From: Octopus bimaculoides | Lineage: Eukaryota | Assembly: GCF_001194135.2 (NCBI RefSeq) | Contig: NC_068987.1 | Span: 43,086,625-43,146,639, forward strand | DNA: 60,015 nt | Direction: 5' to 3' | Shown: positions 12,835-25,475 of the stretch, one piece after another | Layout: every line of letters starts with the position of its first letter | Numbering within the stretch: position 1 is the stretch's first letter | Notes under the pieces: model-generated | Databases searched by the model: none | What the model was told of the DNA's origin: nothing | The model's input: the letters and a program-made list of their open reading frames with translations, nothing else | Translations under genes and position numbers: made by a program

Positions 12835-14125
12835 ATTTATTTTACCTATATCACAGTATTGACCAGGCTCTCAGGGGCTGTTATACACTGATGGTCACAA
12901 TTTGTTTCAATTTTGTCTTGATTGTGCCATTCTTTTCTTTCTTGATCCAAATTGCTTTACCAAATCCTCTTCCCATCATTATGGAGGCCTTTCAAGTGAC
13001 CTTTTCTGATCTCTTGGATACCACTAGGCAATAGCACAGGTCTACCTGTTGTCTATGAACCTTGCAACATCTGAATCAGCAAAACTTGTGTTTTTGGCAC
13101 TCTGTAATCACATTGTTCACTCCACTCAATTCTCAAATTACCACATTTTGAATGGGCTCTCTTGGATCCTTCCATGGCCATTTGCACTGTAGCCAGTCAA
13201 TGTTCTGTTCTCTTCATAGTAGCCCATGTCTCACTTTCATATGAGTGCAGGTAGGACAGTGCTATTGAAGAGTTTGGCACATGTGGTATTGTCTAGCTTT
13301 GTTTGGAGCACATCTTTTTTAAGAAGGATGATAAAGAGTATTTTTTAAAAAATTACCACTCCATATGCCTCTTTTTTCACCTCTATAAGCTGTTTACAAA
13401 GGTCATAGTCACCAGACTATCAAAACACTTCAATGACCAACAGCTGAGAGAGGAAGAAGGTTTCTGTAAGAAGTATAGTATGTTAGATCAAGTGTTCACT
13501 CTAACACAGAACAAGCGAACAAATACAAGCTTCCTCTGTGTATCACTTTTGTTGATTATGAAAAGGTCTTTGAGAGCATCAACATAAACACAGTGTTGAA
13601 ATCTCTGGAAATGCAAGGTGTCGAGGTGCAATACATCAAACTGCTCAGAGATGTAAACTCAGGGTGCACAATAGATACAGCTTTGCTCTCGCCACCAGTA
13701 AGGGTCCCAATTGAGAAGGAATGTCAAGCAAGGAAATACAGTTTCTCCAAAGTTCTTTAACCCACATATCTAGAAATGGTCATTAAACGACATTGACTGG
13801 ACAGATGGCATGAAAATCAATGGTGAGCAACTAATACACCTCTAATTCACAGATGACATTGTACTCATCACTGAAGCCACAGATCAGCAGCAGACCATGC
13901 TGATAAAGGTGAGTACTCAACACTTAGTAGTAGTTCTTAGAAGGAATCGCATGAAAACAAAATATATGTGGTCAGAAAATGTAGCACAAGGCCAAATAAA
14001 GATGGGAAGTGATGAAATTGAGGAGGTAAAGAAGTATGTCTACTTAGGACACAGTGAACATGTGTTAAGATATGGATGCTGAAATCTCAAAAACAATAAG
14101 TGCAGGATGGAAGACATTTCAATTA
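12835..14125. mobile_element. Old RTE-clade LINE with 5' inversion (3' part on minus 12835-13303; RT part on plus 13304-14125)
   Basis: Minus strand gives KLFNSTVLPAL..ESETW and degraded C-terminal motifs. Plus strand gives KNYHSICL..HLYKLFTKVI, FVDYEKVF, FTDDIVLI, KTKYM and YVYLG. Confidence 0.75.
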
Positions 14126-14377
14126 TATGTGTGTGTGTTATATAAATACCTATATCATAATGACAATGAATTATCTGAGTATCTCAGTATTCTACAGACA
14201 CTTGTACTTTTAACATAATCCTCAGGTAAATTACACATTTTCTATCTACCTTTTTTCACTCACAAGGCTTGGGTTGACCAAAGTAATGATAAAAGAGTAA
14301 AACAAATCTAGATTAAACACAGGACATAGTAATTGTGATCCTTGCCTCTTAACTATTAGGTCAAACAAATATCTGAA

Positions 14378-14714
14378 ACCTGGCACTTGTGCCCGCAGCA
14401 TGTGCAAGGACTTTCGAGCGAGATCATTGCCAGTGTCCCTGGACTGGCTCTTGTGTGGGTGGCACATAAAATACACCATTTTGAGCGTGACCGTTGCCAG
14501 TATCGCCTGACTGGCCTTCGTGCGGGTGATATGTAAAAGCACCTACTACACTCTCGGAGTGGTTGGCATTAGGAAGGGCATCCGGTTGTAGAAACTCTGC
14601 CAAATCAGATTGGAGCCTGGTGTAGCCTTCGGGCTCCACCAGTCCTCAGTCAAATCGTCCAACCCATGCTAGCATGGAAGGTGGACGTTAAACGATGATG
14701 ATGATGATGATGAT
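14378..14714 (+). mobile_element. RTE LINE 3' end with (GAT)n tail
   Basis: Reverse complement of the 11281-11560 and 21255-21540 sequences; ends gttaaacgatgatgatgatgatgatgat. Confidence 0.9.
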
Positions 14715-15419
14715 TTATAAGTATAATGTAAGACAAAAAAGAGAAAAGATTCCAACAAGGATGTTGAACTATACATCTGTTGTTAGTTGTTACAATTAAG
14801 CACTAATCATATTTTGGTATTTGCTTTAACTTATAAACAAGGGAGAATTATTTCAGCATGCACTGAGTTAGCAGTTAGTAGGTTAGCCTATCTGCTGGTG
14901 ATTAAGTAGTTGAGACATTGTCCATGATTCACATGCAGTACGACCAGGAAGCAGGTGGGGGTACTGTAAGCAAATCTAGCAAAACATTTATTCTTTCATT
15001 CTTTTATTTGTTTCAGGCAAGCAGCTGCAGTCATGCTGGAGTACCATAACTGCTGATTTGGGTTTAATTTGTTCAGAGCACATTTAGAGTAATTAGCAGT
15101 ACAGTCGTGTAGCAAATGATTGATGTGTGGTTCAACTCCCATGATGGAATCTGTTCTCTTTTTTACCTTGAACTTGAAAATCTCTCTCTCTCTTATACAC
15201 ACACACACACACATATATATATATTAATAATTTAGAGAAGAACCATCATGGTGCAACTTGCACGAAGAAGGAGATCAGACACCATCAAGAAAAGTATACT
15301 ATACAAAACTAGTTTAAAAATCTAAAAAATCCAAGGGAGAATTTATAATACATGAAAATCTATTAAATATTGGACTAAGAATTAAAATTGGTAACGTTTA
15401 AGAAATGAAAGTGGGAGAA

Positions 15420-15494
15420 AGACTACGCGTTTCATGGCCACATAATGAATAGAACAAGATAGATACCACCCAATATGAGGACACTCTTCAGGTC
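15420..15494 (-). ncRNA. Type I hammerhead ribozyme-like motif
   Basis: Minus strand: gac-CTGAAGA-gtgtcc...ggccat-GAAA-cgcg-TA-gtc. Stem I is gac/gtc, stem III is the palindrome ACGCGT, and the predicted cleavage triplet is GUA. Confidence 0.7.
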
Positions 15495-16142
15495 CGTGGT
15501 TCGAGATAATATTAACTTCCTACTTGGAGATACTTTATAAGTCCACCATAATACTACCTTCCTTCATTTTTGTCATTTTTAGTTATTATATATTTTACGT
15601 ACTCTTAATTACTTTTACATGTTTGCTCCCATCACTTTTTCACTATTTTCTCTTCTACTCTTTTACAAAGCAGCATAATATTGTTTGATTCCAGGTCTAC
15701 GCACTTACCTTATCATCTTTTCTTCTTAGTTTTTCTTCCCTCTTCTCCTTCCACGCCATGCTTTCGTATCTCACGTGGTGGGCGCCATTTTGTCACGTGA
15801 TACACATAGTATATTTTTCTTTGGTTTTGGATAGTACCCCAATCAACCAAGCTTCCTCGTTAAGTTATGTGGCATTTTTCCCTTATATTCTTGCACGTTT
15901 TTTTCCCTTTACTAGCTAATCACACTTTTGTTATATATGTTTCCTTTTCCTTATCTACAGATATTATCTCCCCAATTGACGCTTCATGCCTTAAATTTGA
16001 CAGATATTTATTGCTATTTGATGTGTTTTATTATAAAACCTTGATAATTTCCTTTGTACTAAATGTTGCTTAAATGGACAGATTTTTATACTTTTCTTAT
16101 TTTATGCAGTTTTAAATTTAAGATACGTTTTTTGAAGTTACC

Positions 16143-16248
16143 AGACCTGAGGAGTGTCCTCAAATTGGGTGGTATCTATCTTGTTCGATTCATTGTAGAT
16201 TGACCAGATATTTCCCACTATTATGTGGCCATGAAACGCACGTAGTCT
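16143..16248 (+). ncRNA. Type I hammerhead ribozyme-like motif (stem II insertion variant)
   Basis: agac-CTGAGGA(16147-16153)-gtgtcc...ggccat-GAAA(16233-16236)-cgcacg-TA-gtct. Confidence 0.55.
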
Positions 16249-16523
16249 TTCTCCCACTTTCATTTCTTAAACGTTACCGATTTTAATTCTTAGTCCAATA
16301 TTTGATAGATTTTCATGTATTATAAATTCTCCCTTGGATTTTTTAGATTTTCAAACTAGTTTTGTATAGTACACTTTTCTTGATGGTGTCTGATCTCCTT
16401 CTTCGTGCGACTTGCATCATGGTGGTTCTTCTCTAAATTATTAAAATATTTTTCAATATACAACTCAATTTGATATTATCAAATTGTATTTCCTTGTAAG
16501 TTTGGATTTTGTAATTGCCTAAC

Positions 16524-16576
<53 letters not shown>

Positions 16577-17979
16577 TGCATGCATGCATGCTATCATTTA
16601 GCTTTATTTCTAGATTTCTCAACAGTGGAGAAAGATGGTGCAATACATCAAAAGTTCATTGCAATTTCAACAACACCAACAGGATATTTGTACATGTATG
16701 TGTGTATACGTGCAAGTATTTAGTATCAGTACATGTGCAGATGTGTATGTTTTGTTTTATGCATGTATACTCATTTATATAGCATCATGTCTAAACATGT
16801 ACATGTGTATTTATATGCTAAAATTTATGAAAGTTTTATTCATTTTGACAGTTCTAATGATGGCATGTGTGTGTGTGTGTTTATATACATATGTATGAGT
16901 CACATTAAGAAAACCTGAATCATATATATGTTCATAATGAAATCAATTTCCCTTAGAAAATTTCTTGTATATGAAAAAGTGAACGATATGTTTTAAGTTG
17001 TAAAAATTTATAATAGCATTTACAGAGAGAACAACAATGAAGATATTACAGTTGTGTATCCAGTGTACTGGACTAATGGATTGGTCCCAATGAATGGCTC
17101 TCTGCCATGAGTTGGCAGATCTAACAGGAAGCTACTCAATTGATATAGGGTTTTGTAGGTTTCAATGTTTACAAAAACCTCAAAAGACATCATTGCAACA
17201 ATGGAATTCTACTTAAGTAGTAGTTATGGGTATTAAATACTTGAATCTATGTAACAGCTATTGCTTACTGACCATACAGCATGTTGGTATTTCTGTAGGT
17301 TTTGCTTTAGATGTTCAGCTATCAAAGAAACATATACATTATTTATAATACAAGATGCAGCAGAAAATCCTCCCATATTTTACATGGTTATCGATGTGGC
17401 ACTAGTAAAGTTAGGCAGATGGTAATAGTGTCTTCATGTAGCTAAAATCAAACAGCTTTTTCTTTTGTTCTTTTTTCAGTTATAAACATACTTTCGACTT
17501 TTGCACATTGTGTTTGCTGTTGAAACATTTGTCAACTATTATAGGGGAGGTATTTTTGCTACATCCTGTATGATTCAATAGGACTCAGGGACTGTAATGC
17601 AATCTTTAAACATGATTGTATTTAAGATTCAGGTCAACACTGATAAAACAATGTTGAATATTTGTATAACACTCCTTTTATAAAAATAGGAGCTACAGCT
17701 GCACTATCATGGACCTTTTATTGACTTATTGAAGAGTGCATATAAGTTATTACCTCCCTGCAACACACATATATAAGCACACTTTCATCTTATAGGCATC
17801 TATTATCTTACCACCATGTCTGTCTTTGAATATATTTTTAAAATGAAGATATATAGATATTTTTGTTGGCAGTTTGATTCCAGAAAAAAACTGCAATTGT
17901 ATTTTCAGAATGGGAAATACAGCACATGAGAAATAATTTGTTTAATAACTAAGTGAGATATTGCAGTATTAGATTTTTA

Positions 17980-18747
17980 TCATTGTACTTCTATATGTGT
18001 TCTCATATAATAACATAACAGGGAATTCCCACACATTTCACAGTGATATGGTTTATCATTCAGATGAGTTTTTACATGTTCTTTTAGATGGGAATTTTGA
18101 GAAAAATCTTTCCCACAGATTTCACAGTGAAAAGGCTTTTCTCCAGTATGTATTTTGATGTGTTCTTTTAAATGGGAATTCCGAGAAAAATCCTTTCCAC
18201 AAATTTCACACTGGAAAGGTTTCTCACCAGTATGTATTTTTATGTGTTCCTTCAGATAGGAATTCTGAGAAAAGTCTTTGCCGCATATTTCACAATGATA
18301 TGGTTTTTCTCCTGTGTGTGTTTTAATATGTTCTCTGAGATGGGAATTCCGGGCAAATTCTCTTTCACATATTTCACAATGGAAAGGTTTCTCACCAGTA
18401 TGAATTCTAATATGCCTCTTTAAAGTTGAATTATCAACAAAATCTTTACCACAAATGTCACAGTGAAATGGTCTTTCTCCAGTGTGCGTCCGTATGTGCC
18501 GGCTTAATAAAGAGTTTCGGGAGAATTCTTTCCTACATAACTCACACTGGAAAGGTTTCTCCCCAGCATGGGTTCTTATATGTTTTCTCAGATAAGAATT
18601 TAAAGCAAAACGTTTCCCACAAAGCTCACAGCTAAAAGCTTTCTTTACAACATGGGTTTTTAGATGCATTCTTAAATCCCTTTTCAAGGTGAAATTTTTA
18701 CCACAAATTTCGCAATGAAATGGTCTTAGAACTGGATCTTGTTGCAT
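17980..18747 (-). CDS. Tandem C2H2 zinc-finger protein (8 intact fingers + 1 degenerate), 255 aa
   Basis: Uninterrupted ORF with eight CxxC-x12-HxxxH units and TGEKP-type linkers. First ATG is at 18747 (MQQDPVLRPFHC); the ORF-track start at 18792 is a TTG, and an in-frame TGA lies upstream within the same exon. Confidence 0.92.
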   Translation of the reverse strand: MQQDPVLRPFHCEICGKNFTLKRDLRMHLKTHVVKKAFSCELCGKRFALNSYLRKHIRTHAGEKPFQCELCRKEFSRNSLLSRHIRTHTGERPFHCDICGKDFVDNSTLKRHIRIHTGEKPFHCEICEREFARNSHLREHIKTHTGEKPYHCEICGKDFSQNSYLKEHIKIHTGEKPFQCEICGKDFSRNSHLKEHIKIHTGEKPFHCEICGKDFSQNSHLKEHVKTHLNDKPYHCEMCGNSLLCYYMRTHIEVQ

Positions 18748-18882
18748 CTTGCTTCCAAAAGAAAGCAGTTTTTTATAAAAAAGTTTCTTCAATTTAGAAG
18801 TGTCAGTAATTTCAAAAACACTATGTGCAAGTCATCGGCAAGTGTCTGTATGAATGAACTGTGTAATCTCCAATTTCAAAAT

Positions 18883-18900
18883 CTAAAAAAATAAAGAAAT
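18883..18900 (-). promoter_or_regulatory. Probable 3' splice acceptor of the ZNF coding exon
   Basis: Minus strand reads atttctttatttttttag|attttg, 135 nt upstream of the ATG. Confidence 0.6.
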
Positions 18901-20934
18901 AATTTTAAATGTTGGCATCAAAATTTTCTTTCAATTTCAAGACAAAAGACACACAACACTACTTTTACATTATGAGTGACCAATTTCTTCAAATAGAATA
19001 AAATGTTGGTGTTTCACAAGCATTCTTTGATATATGAATCTATTTTCCAATGATAGTAGTTATGAATCTGCTGCCAACACTCACACAAAACTGTAACCTT
19101 TGCAGATATATAGAATGATTTAAGCAGAGCATGTTCCATTAGTAATAGAAACAATTAAAGATGGGATACAACNNNNNNNNNNCATATAAGAGAATTAAAC
19201 AACTATAATATAAATTAGACAAACACAGCATGAAAATGATTGGTAAGTTATTGTATTACAGACTTTTGCAATCTGATCAACAGAGGCATCCTGATATTGA
19301 CTCTTTTAGATACCATATTTCTGATGAAATACGCAGCCTTTGCTCAATAAATTGTAAAAAATAACAAAATATTTAGTAAAATAATTATCATTACTAAGTT
19401 CATGTTTAGAACATAAATTAACATGAAATTTTGATGGAAGTTTTTAATTTAGATCACTTTAAAACAGGAAATTCGCTTTATAGAACAAGGGGCAGTCTCA
19501 GTAGAGTTGGTAGCAAAAGGGTTAAAATGAAGATGACAATAATGATGATAGAAATTTGAAATTTTAGCTATTGTCTTAACAACCATAATAAGTAACTGGG
19601 ATAATAATCTGTTGACATTCTTAATGTATATTTAAGGGTGAGTGTGTGAGTAGAGAGAGAGAGAGATAAAGAGAGAGAGAGGTGGTTTGGTGTTGAGCAG
19701 GTGGAGCATTGGAATCTATCGCTGTGTTTCTGCAACTCATCAGTGTTTTAATTCAGAAAAGGGTTCAACTTTTCATCCACTTGAATCAATGAGAGCACAT
19801 CTACACGGTAGAAACAGTAACAAAATTTCCCTCAGATCACACTAACTTCTTAAAAAGGCAAAGGGCAGAGTGAAGAGTGTAGTTGTAAATAAATATATGC
19901 TGTCATGGGAGAAGGGGAAGACAGGAAGGTCACAGCGGGAATGCCTTTGATCCTATATCTTCTGAATCAGAGCAGAACCAGGGTTAAATAACACCAACAA
20001 CAGAACTCCATCTATTTAATGCTAAGTAAAATAGTATTAAAAAGTAGTCCTATGGATCCTTGATTTCAAAAGAGGCAGCAATGCCGTGTGTGTGTGTGTG
20101 TGTGTGTTTTAGATGTACTTTTTCACTTCGGGCTTTTCTCTCTTGCTTCTAATACTTTGCTAGTTACAAGCAAGACTATGGCACACACACACACACACAC
20201 ACGTAATTATACTAGAAGTCATTAAGTTATCCCATTTCACTAGAACAGTTTACACGGAGATGAGAAATATAAAATGAACAGAAAGTGTCTTCCCTTCTAG
20301 CGAAAAGGAGTTTATTGTAACTATTGTTGAAGGAAACTCTGCTGATGATGGTGGTCTAGATAGATAATTTTGGTGGTGGCAATGGTAGTAATAGTAGTAA
20401 AAGTAGTAGTAGTATCAAATATCAGAATTCTTAATGATGATAATGATGAAATCTGGTAATGTTTTGGGGAGCAGTAATGATGATGGTGATGATATAAACG
20501 CATTAAACATCCTTTATAAGCAATTGGGGAGTGTGCTGGATGTGAAAACACATCAATATGTATGTGTGTGTATTAATACAGACACTTGAAGCTGCATTGA
20601 AATAAAGATGTGCATATTCATAAGGTATATACAAATGTAGAACAACACATGCATGTGTATGTCTAGGGGCATTGTGGTAAGAAGTTTACTTTCACATAAT
20701 TTCAGGAGCAGTTACACTGTGTGATACCTTGGACAAGTGTCTTCTACTATAGCCTAGGCCTGATCAAAGCCTTGTTAGTGGATTTGGTAGACAGGAACTG
20801 AGAGAAGCCCATCCTAAATATGTATGTAGGAATAATATGTGCATGTGTGCTGTGCTGTGTTGTGTTGTGTTGTGCGTGTGCGAGAGAGGGTTACTGTCTC
20901 CTTGCTTTGACCTTCCATGATACTAGTAAACAGG

Positions 20935-21100
20935 TCATGGCTGTGTGGTAGGAAGTTTGCTTCCCAACCACTTGGTTCCAGGTTCAGTCCCACTGCATGG
21001 CACTTTGGGCAAGTTTCTTCTGCTATAGCCTCAAGCTGACCAAAGCCTTGTGAGTGGATTTTGAAGATAGAAACTGAGAGAAGCCCACCCTAAATAAATA
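20935..21100 (+). mobile_element. SINE 5' half (another degenerate head at ~20670-20820)
   Basis: ggctgtgtggtaggaagtttgcttcccaaccacttggttccaggttcagtccc...ggcaagtttcttctgctatagcc; same family as 8367-8770. Confidence 0.8.
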
Positions 21101-21254
21101 TATATATATATTTCTGTTTCCATTGCCACTTGTCTTTTATTTTCCCCTTCTATAGTTTGTTAAATAATTCCTTCCCAGTAATGCTACATGAGTTGTCCTG
21201 GCACCACTAGTAACTTTAACTAAATATACCCAATCTTCTCCTTGTAAGCACGTA

Positions 21255-24200
21255 TCATCATCATCATCATCATCATCGTTTAACGTCCGCTTTCCATGCT
21301 AGCATGGGTTGGACGATTTGACTGAGGACTAGTGAACCAGATGGCTACACCAGGCTCCAATCTGATTTGGCAGAGTTTCTACAGCTGGATGCCCTTCCTA
21401 ACACCAACCACTCAGAGAGTGTAGTGGGTGCTTTTATGTGTCACCAGCATGAAGGCCAGTCAGGAGGTACTGGCAACGGCCACGCTTGAAATGGTGTAAT
21501 TTACGTCCCACCTGCCCAGGAGCCAGTCCAGCGGGACTGGTAATGAACTCGCTCGAATGTCTTTTCACGTGCCACTGGCACAAGTGCCAGGAAAGCGACG
21601 TTGGTAACGGTCACACTCAAATGGTGCTATTTACGTGCCACTGGCACGAAAGCCAGACAGTTGGTGCTCTGGCAACGATCACACTCGGATGGTGCTCTTA
21701 GTGATTTACTGGTACTGGTGCCATCACGATTTCGCTTTCGCTTGCCCCAACAAGTCTTCGCAAGCTGAGTTTAGTGTTCAATGAAGACGTTGGCATAGGT
21801 GCCAGTCTACAAATTTAGTTTGATTTCGATTTCGATTTCGATTTCACTTACCTCAACAGGTCTTCGCAAGCAGAGTTTAGTGTCCAAAGAAGGAATGTTA
21901 CGCATGAGTGGGCTGGCTACATCCCTAGCAGAGGCCTTGGATTTTGGTCTATCCCTGGCAGAGGCCATGGATTTTGGTCTCACTTGGCTTGCCGGGTCTT
22001 ACCACGCACAGCATATTTCCAAAGGTCTCGGTCACAAGTCATTGCCTCGGTGAGGCTTAATATTCGGAGGTCGTGCTTCACCACCTCATCCCAGGTCTTC
22101 CTGGGCCTGCCTCTTCCATGGGTTCCCTCAACCGTTAGGGTGTGCCACTTTTTCACACAGCTATCCTCATCCATTCTTTCCACATGACCATACCAGTGCA
22201 ATCGTCTCTCGTGCACACCACAACTGATGCTTCTTATGTTCAACTTTTCTCTCAAGATACTTACAGTCTGTTGGGTATGCACACTGACATTACTCATCCA
22301 TCGGAGCATACTGGCTTCATTCCTTGCGAGCTTACGCCTGTCCTCAGCAGTCACGGCCCAAGTTTCACTGCCATGTAGCATNNNNNNNNNNNNNNNNNNN
22401 NNNNNNNNNNNNNNNNNNNNNNNNNNNNNNNNNNNNNNNNNNNNNNNNNNNNNNNNNNNNNNNNNNNNNNNNNNNNNNNNNNNNNNNNNNNNNNNNNNNN
22501 NNNNNNNNNNNNNNNNNNNNNNNNNNNNNNNNNNNNNNNNNNNNNNNNNNNNNNNNNNNNNNNNNNNNNNNNNNNNNNNNNNNNNNNNNNNNNNNNNNNN
22601 NNNNNNNNNNNNNNNNNNNNNNNNNNNNNNNNNNNNNNNNNNNNNNNNNNNNNNNNNNNNNNNNNNNNNNNNNNNNNNNNNNNNNNNNNNNNNNNNNNNN
22701 NNNNNNNNNNNNNNNNNNNNNNNNNNNNNNNNNNNNNNNNNNNNNNNNNNNNNNNNNNNNNNNNNNNNNNNNNNNNNNNNNNNNNNNNNNNNNNNNNNNN
22801 NNNNNNNNNNNNNNNNNNNNNNNNNNNNNNNNNNNNNNNNNNNNNNNNNNNNNNNNNNNNNNNNNNNNNNNNNNNNNNNNNNNNNNNNNNNNNNNNNNNN
22901 NNNNNNNNNNNNNNNNNNNNNNNNNNNNNNNNNNNNNNNNNNNNNNNNNNNNNNNNNNNNNNNNNNNNNNNNNNNNNNNNNNNNNNNNNNNNNNNNNNNN
23001 NNNNNNNNNNNNNNNNNNNNNNNNNNNNNNNNNNNNNNNNNNNNNNNNNNNNNNNNNNNNNNNNNNNNNNNNNNNNNNNNNNNNNNNNNNNNNNNNNNNN
23101 NNNNNNNNNNNNNNNNNNNNNNNNNNNNNNNNNNNNNNNNNNNNNNNNNNNNNNNNNNNNNNNNTACTCGGAATTCTTCACTGTACTCATTGCCAACCCT
23201 CACCTTACTGACAGCGTCTCTGTACATGACTCGCACAGCTCTCACTAACCATTCTTCTATCCCTAGTTTCCTCATTGACCACCAGATAAGGGATCGGGGG
23301 ACCCTGTCAAAGGCTTTCTCCATGTCAACGAAAGCCAGGTACAGAGGTTTATTCTTGGCTAGGTATTTCTCCTGCAGCTGTCTTACCAGAAATATAGCAT
23401 CAGTGGTGCTTTTACCTGGCACAAATCCAAACTGCATCTCATCTAAACTGACTCTCTCCCTAATTAGTTGGGTTATGACCCTCTCCGTAATTTTCATTAT
23501 CTGATCCAACAATTTGATACCTCTGTAATTATTTGTATCTAAGGCGTCACCTTTACCTTTGTAACAGTTGACTATGGTGCTGCTACACCAGTCATTGGGT
23601 ATGACTCCTTCGTGTATCACCTGGTTAACAATATGGGTGACTAGGCTATAACCGATACTGCCAGATATTTTGAGTATCTCTGCAGTGATTCCTGATGGGC
23701 CGGGGGCCTTCCCTGTCTTCATACTCATAATTGCTTTATCTACCATGGAACTGTCAACTCGGATAGCTGATCCCTCAGTGGACATTCGGCAGACTCTCTT
23801 TCTCCTATTCATTCTCTTTATTGAGCAATCTTTCATAGTGGCGTCTCCAAACCTCGTTCTTTGCAGCCTCATTTAGAGCAAGCGTACCATCATCCATGCG
23901 AACACATTTCTCTCCCACAACATCACAATTCTCTCTCACACACTGTCTTGCAAAACGAAATACTTCAAGTCTTTGGACCTCACGGCGCAGAACATTGGCA
24001 AACTTTTTCTTATCTGCTTCCCCTCTGGCTAGATAAACCTGTCTCCTAGCTTCACTTCTGGCAGTCTGATACAATTCTCTGCTACTTCCATTCTTCCAGT
24101 CCTTCCAAGCCTGTTTCTTTTGTCTGATAGCCCTGTCAACCACACTGTTCCACAACCAAGTTACTTTGGGTCGAGAGGGGACTTTACACCAGCCACAGAT

Positions 24201-24385
24201 CTGGTCAGTGGCACTCAGCAGTTTGTCTCTAAGGAACCTCCAGTTGTATGATGCTATATCCCTTTCTATTTCGTCAGATGCTTCAAGTAGTATGTCTCTA
24301 AATCTCTGTCCGTTTGCTGGATCTTTAAGTCTCCAAACCCTTCTCCTCCAAGTCGGTCTACTTCTGGGCATCCTTTTAAAAATAT
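21255..24385 (-). mobile_element. RTE-clade LINE, 5'-truncated, with RT ORF and ~720-bp repetitive 3' UTR
   Basis: GKAPGPSGI, NYRGIKLL, QFGFVPGKSTTDAIF, FVDMEKAFDRVPR and C-terminal MLHGSETW ... GRGRPRKTW; (GAT)n tail at 21255; frameshift near 23805-23870; central N-gap. Confidence 0.93.
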
Positions 24386-24389
24386 CTTG

Positions 24390-24830
24390 TACCTTATTTT
24401 ACCACTGATTTGCGTTAACTTCCGTATATTAATATATAACAAGGCAATGATGTTTCATTTATCATGTTTACATTCTTCGCTTCAAATCAGTATGCTATTA
24501 ATTTTAATATTTTTAATATAATCTTAAACAATATCTATTACTGCTTCCATTGCCACTTGTTCTTTATTTTCCCCTTCTGTAGTTGGTTAAGTAAATTCTT
24601 CCTAGTAATGCCACATTGGTTGTGTTTATTCCATCAGTAACTTCTACTAAATATTCCCGATCTTCTCCTTGTAAGCTTGTATATTTTTATTATTACTATT
24701 TCTCAACTAAATACCCTGTACCTTGCGTTAATATCCGTATATTAATATAATATATTACAAAGCTATAATGCTTTATTTATTTTTTATATATTTACATTCT
24801 TCGCCTTATATTAGTATATTATTATTTATT
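24390..24830. repeat. Diverged AT-rich tandem repeat (~290-bp unit) upstream of the Penelope ORF; first unit split by the RTE
   Basis: 21115-21254 matches 24543-24680, and 24400-24500 matches 24720-24820. Confidence 0.7.
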
Positions 24831-25128
24831 TCCTTAAGGAGAAATTTTTTTTTTTATATATATCATGAACTCTCTTGATTTTGTCCCTTCCTCCATATTT
24901 GAATTAGCTTATAGTTTATGGCTTCAGCTTACTTTACTGTGATCCATTTTGCCCTCCTTCCCCCCATTTTAATCATTTAATTTTAACTTTTAGTATAGCG
25001 TTTACAGCCCCCCTCCCATTATAACTCTATGTAAACCAGCGTTCTTACTTCTAACGGTCACTTATTTGGCCATATAATATTATAATATTATAACTATCAT
25101 TTCGCATTTGCCTTGCTTCTACATGTTG

Positions 25129-25219
25129 GTTCCCAGATGATGAATATATGTGCAATTCCAGCAGCTCTTTCTTCTTTGGAGTAGAGTGCACATATATTTT
25201 GAAACATATGTAAAGGAAC
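25129..25219 (+). ncRNA. Degenerate hammerhead ribozyme-like motif upstream of the Penelope ORF
   Basis: gttcc..aTGATGA(25137-25143), 11-bp stem atatatgtgca/tgcacatatat, GAAA(25201-25204), palindrome ACATATGT, A, ..ggaac. The core C3 is mutated and extra T residues precede GAAA. Confidence 0.5.
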
Positions 25220-25475
25220 TTTTATTTATATGCGTTTTGCTCCATTTATTGTTATTATTCATATCTACTCAAAATACATCGCTTTAACTTGGTATCTCTA
25301 CCTAGAAAACGGGTGTGATATCCTGTTTTTTTTGTGTGATTTTTGCTACCCATGGTAGCTATTAACATATTTACATTGTCAAGGTTTTTTTAAACTGAGA
25401 TAATATTAATACATACATAAACTAATATATTGTTACAGTCTTCACTATAACCTGCTAATTTAATGGTTACCAATT

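Larger units (their letters stand above)
15224..16444. repeat. Large inverted repeat (arms ~270 and ~300 bp, spacer ~650 bp), probable Penelope-like terminal-repeat relic
   Basis: 15224-15494 is the reverse complement of 16144-16444, with few substitutions and one ~30-nt indel; each arm carries a hammerhead-like motif. Confidence 0.85.

Noticed and set aside
18748-18792. ORF-track N-terminal extension of the ZNF (MKKLFYKK...)
   Set aside because: It starts at TTG; the first ATG is at 18747 and an in-frame TGA lies upstream in the same exon.
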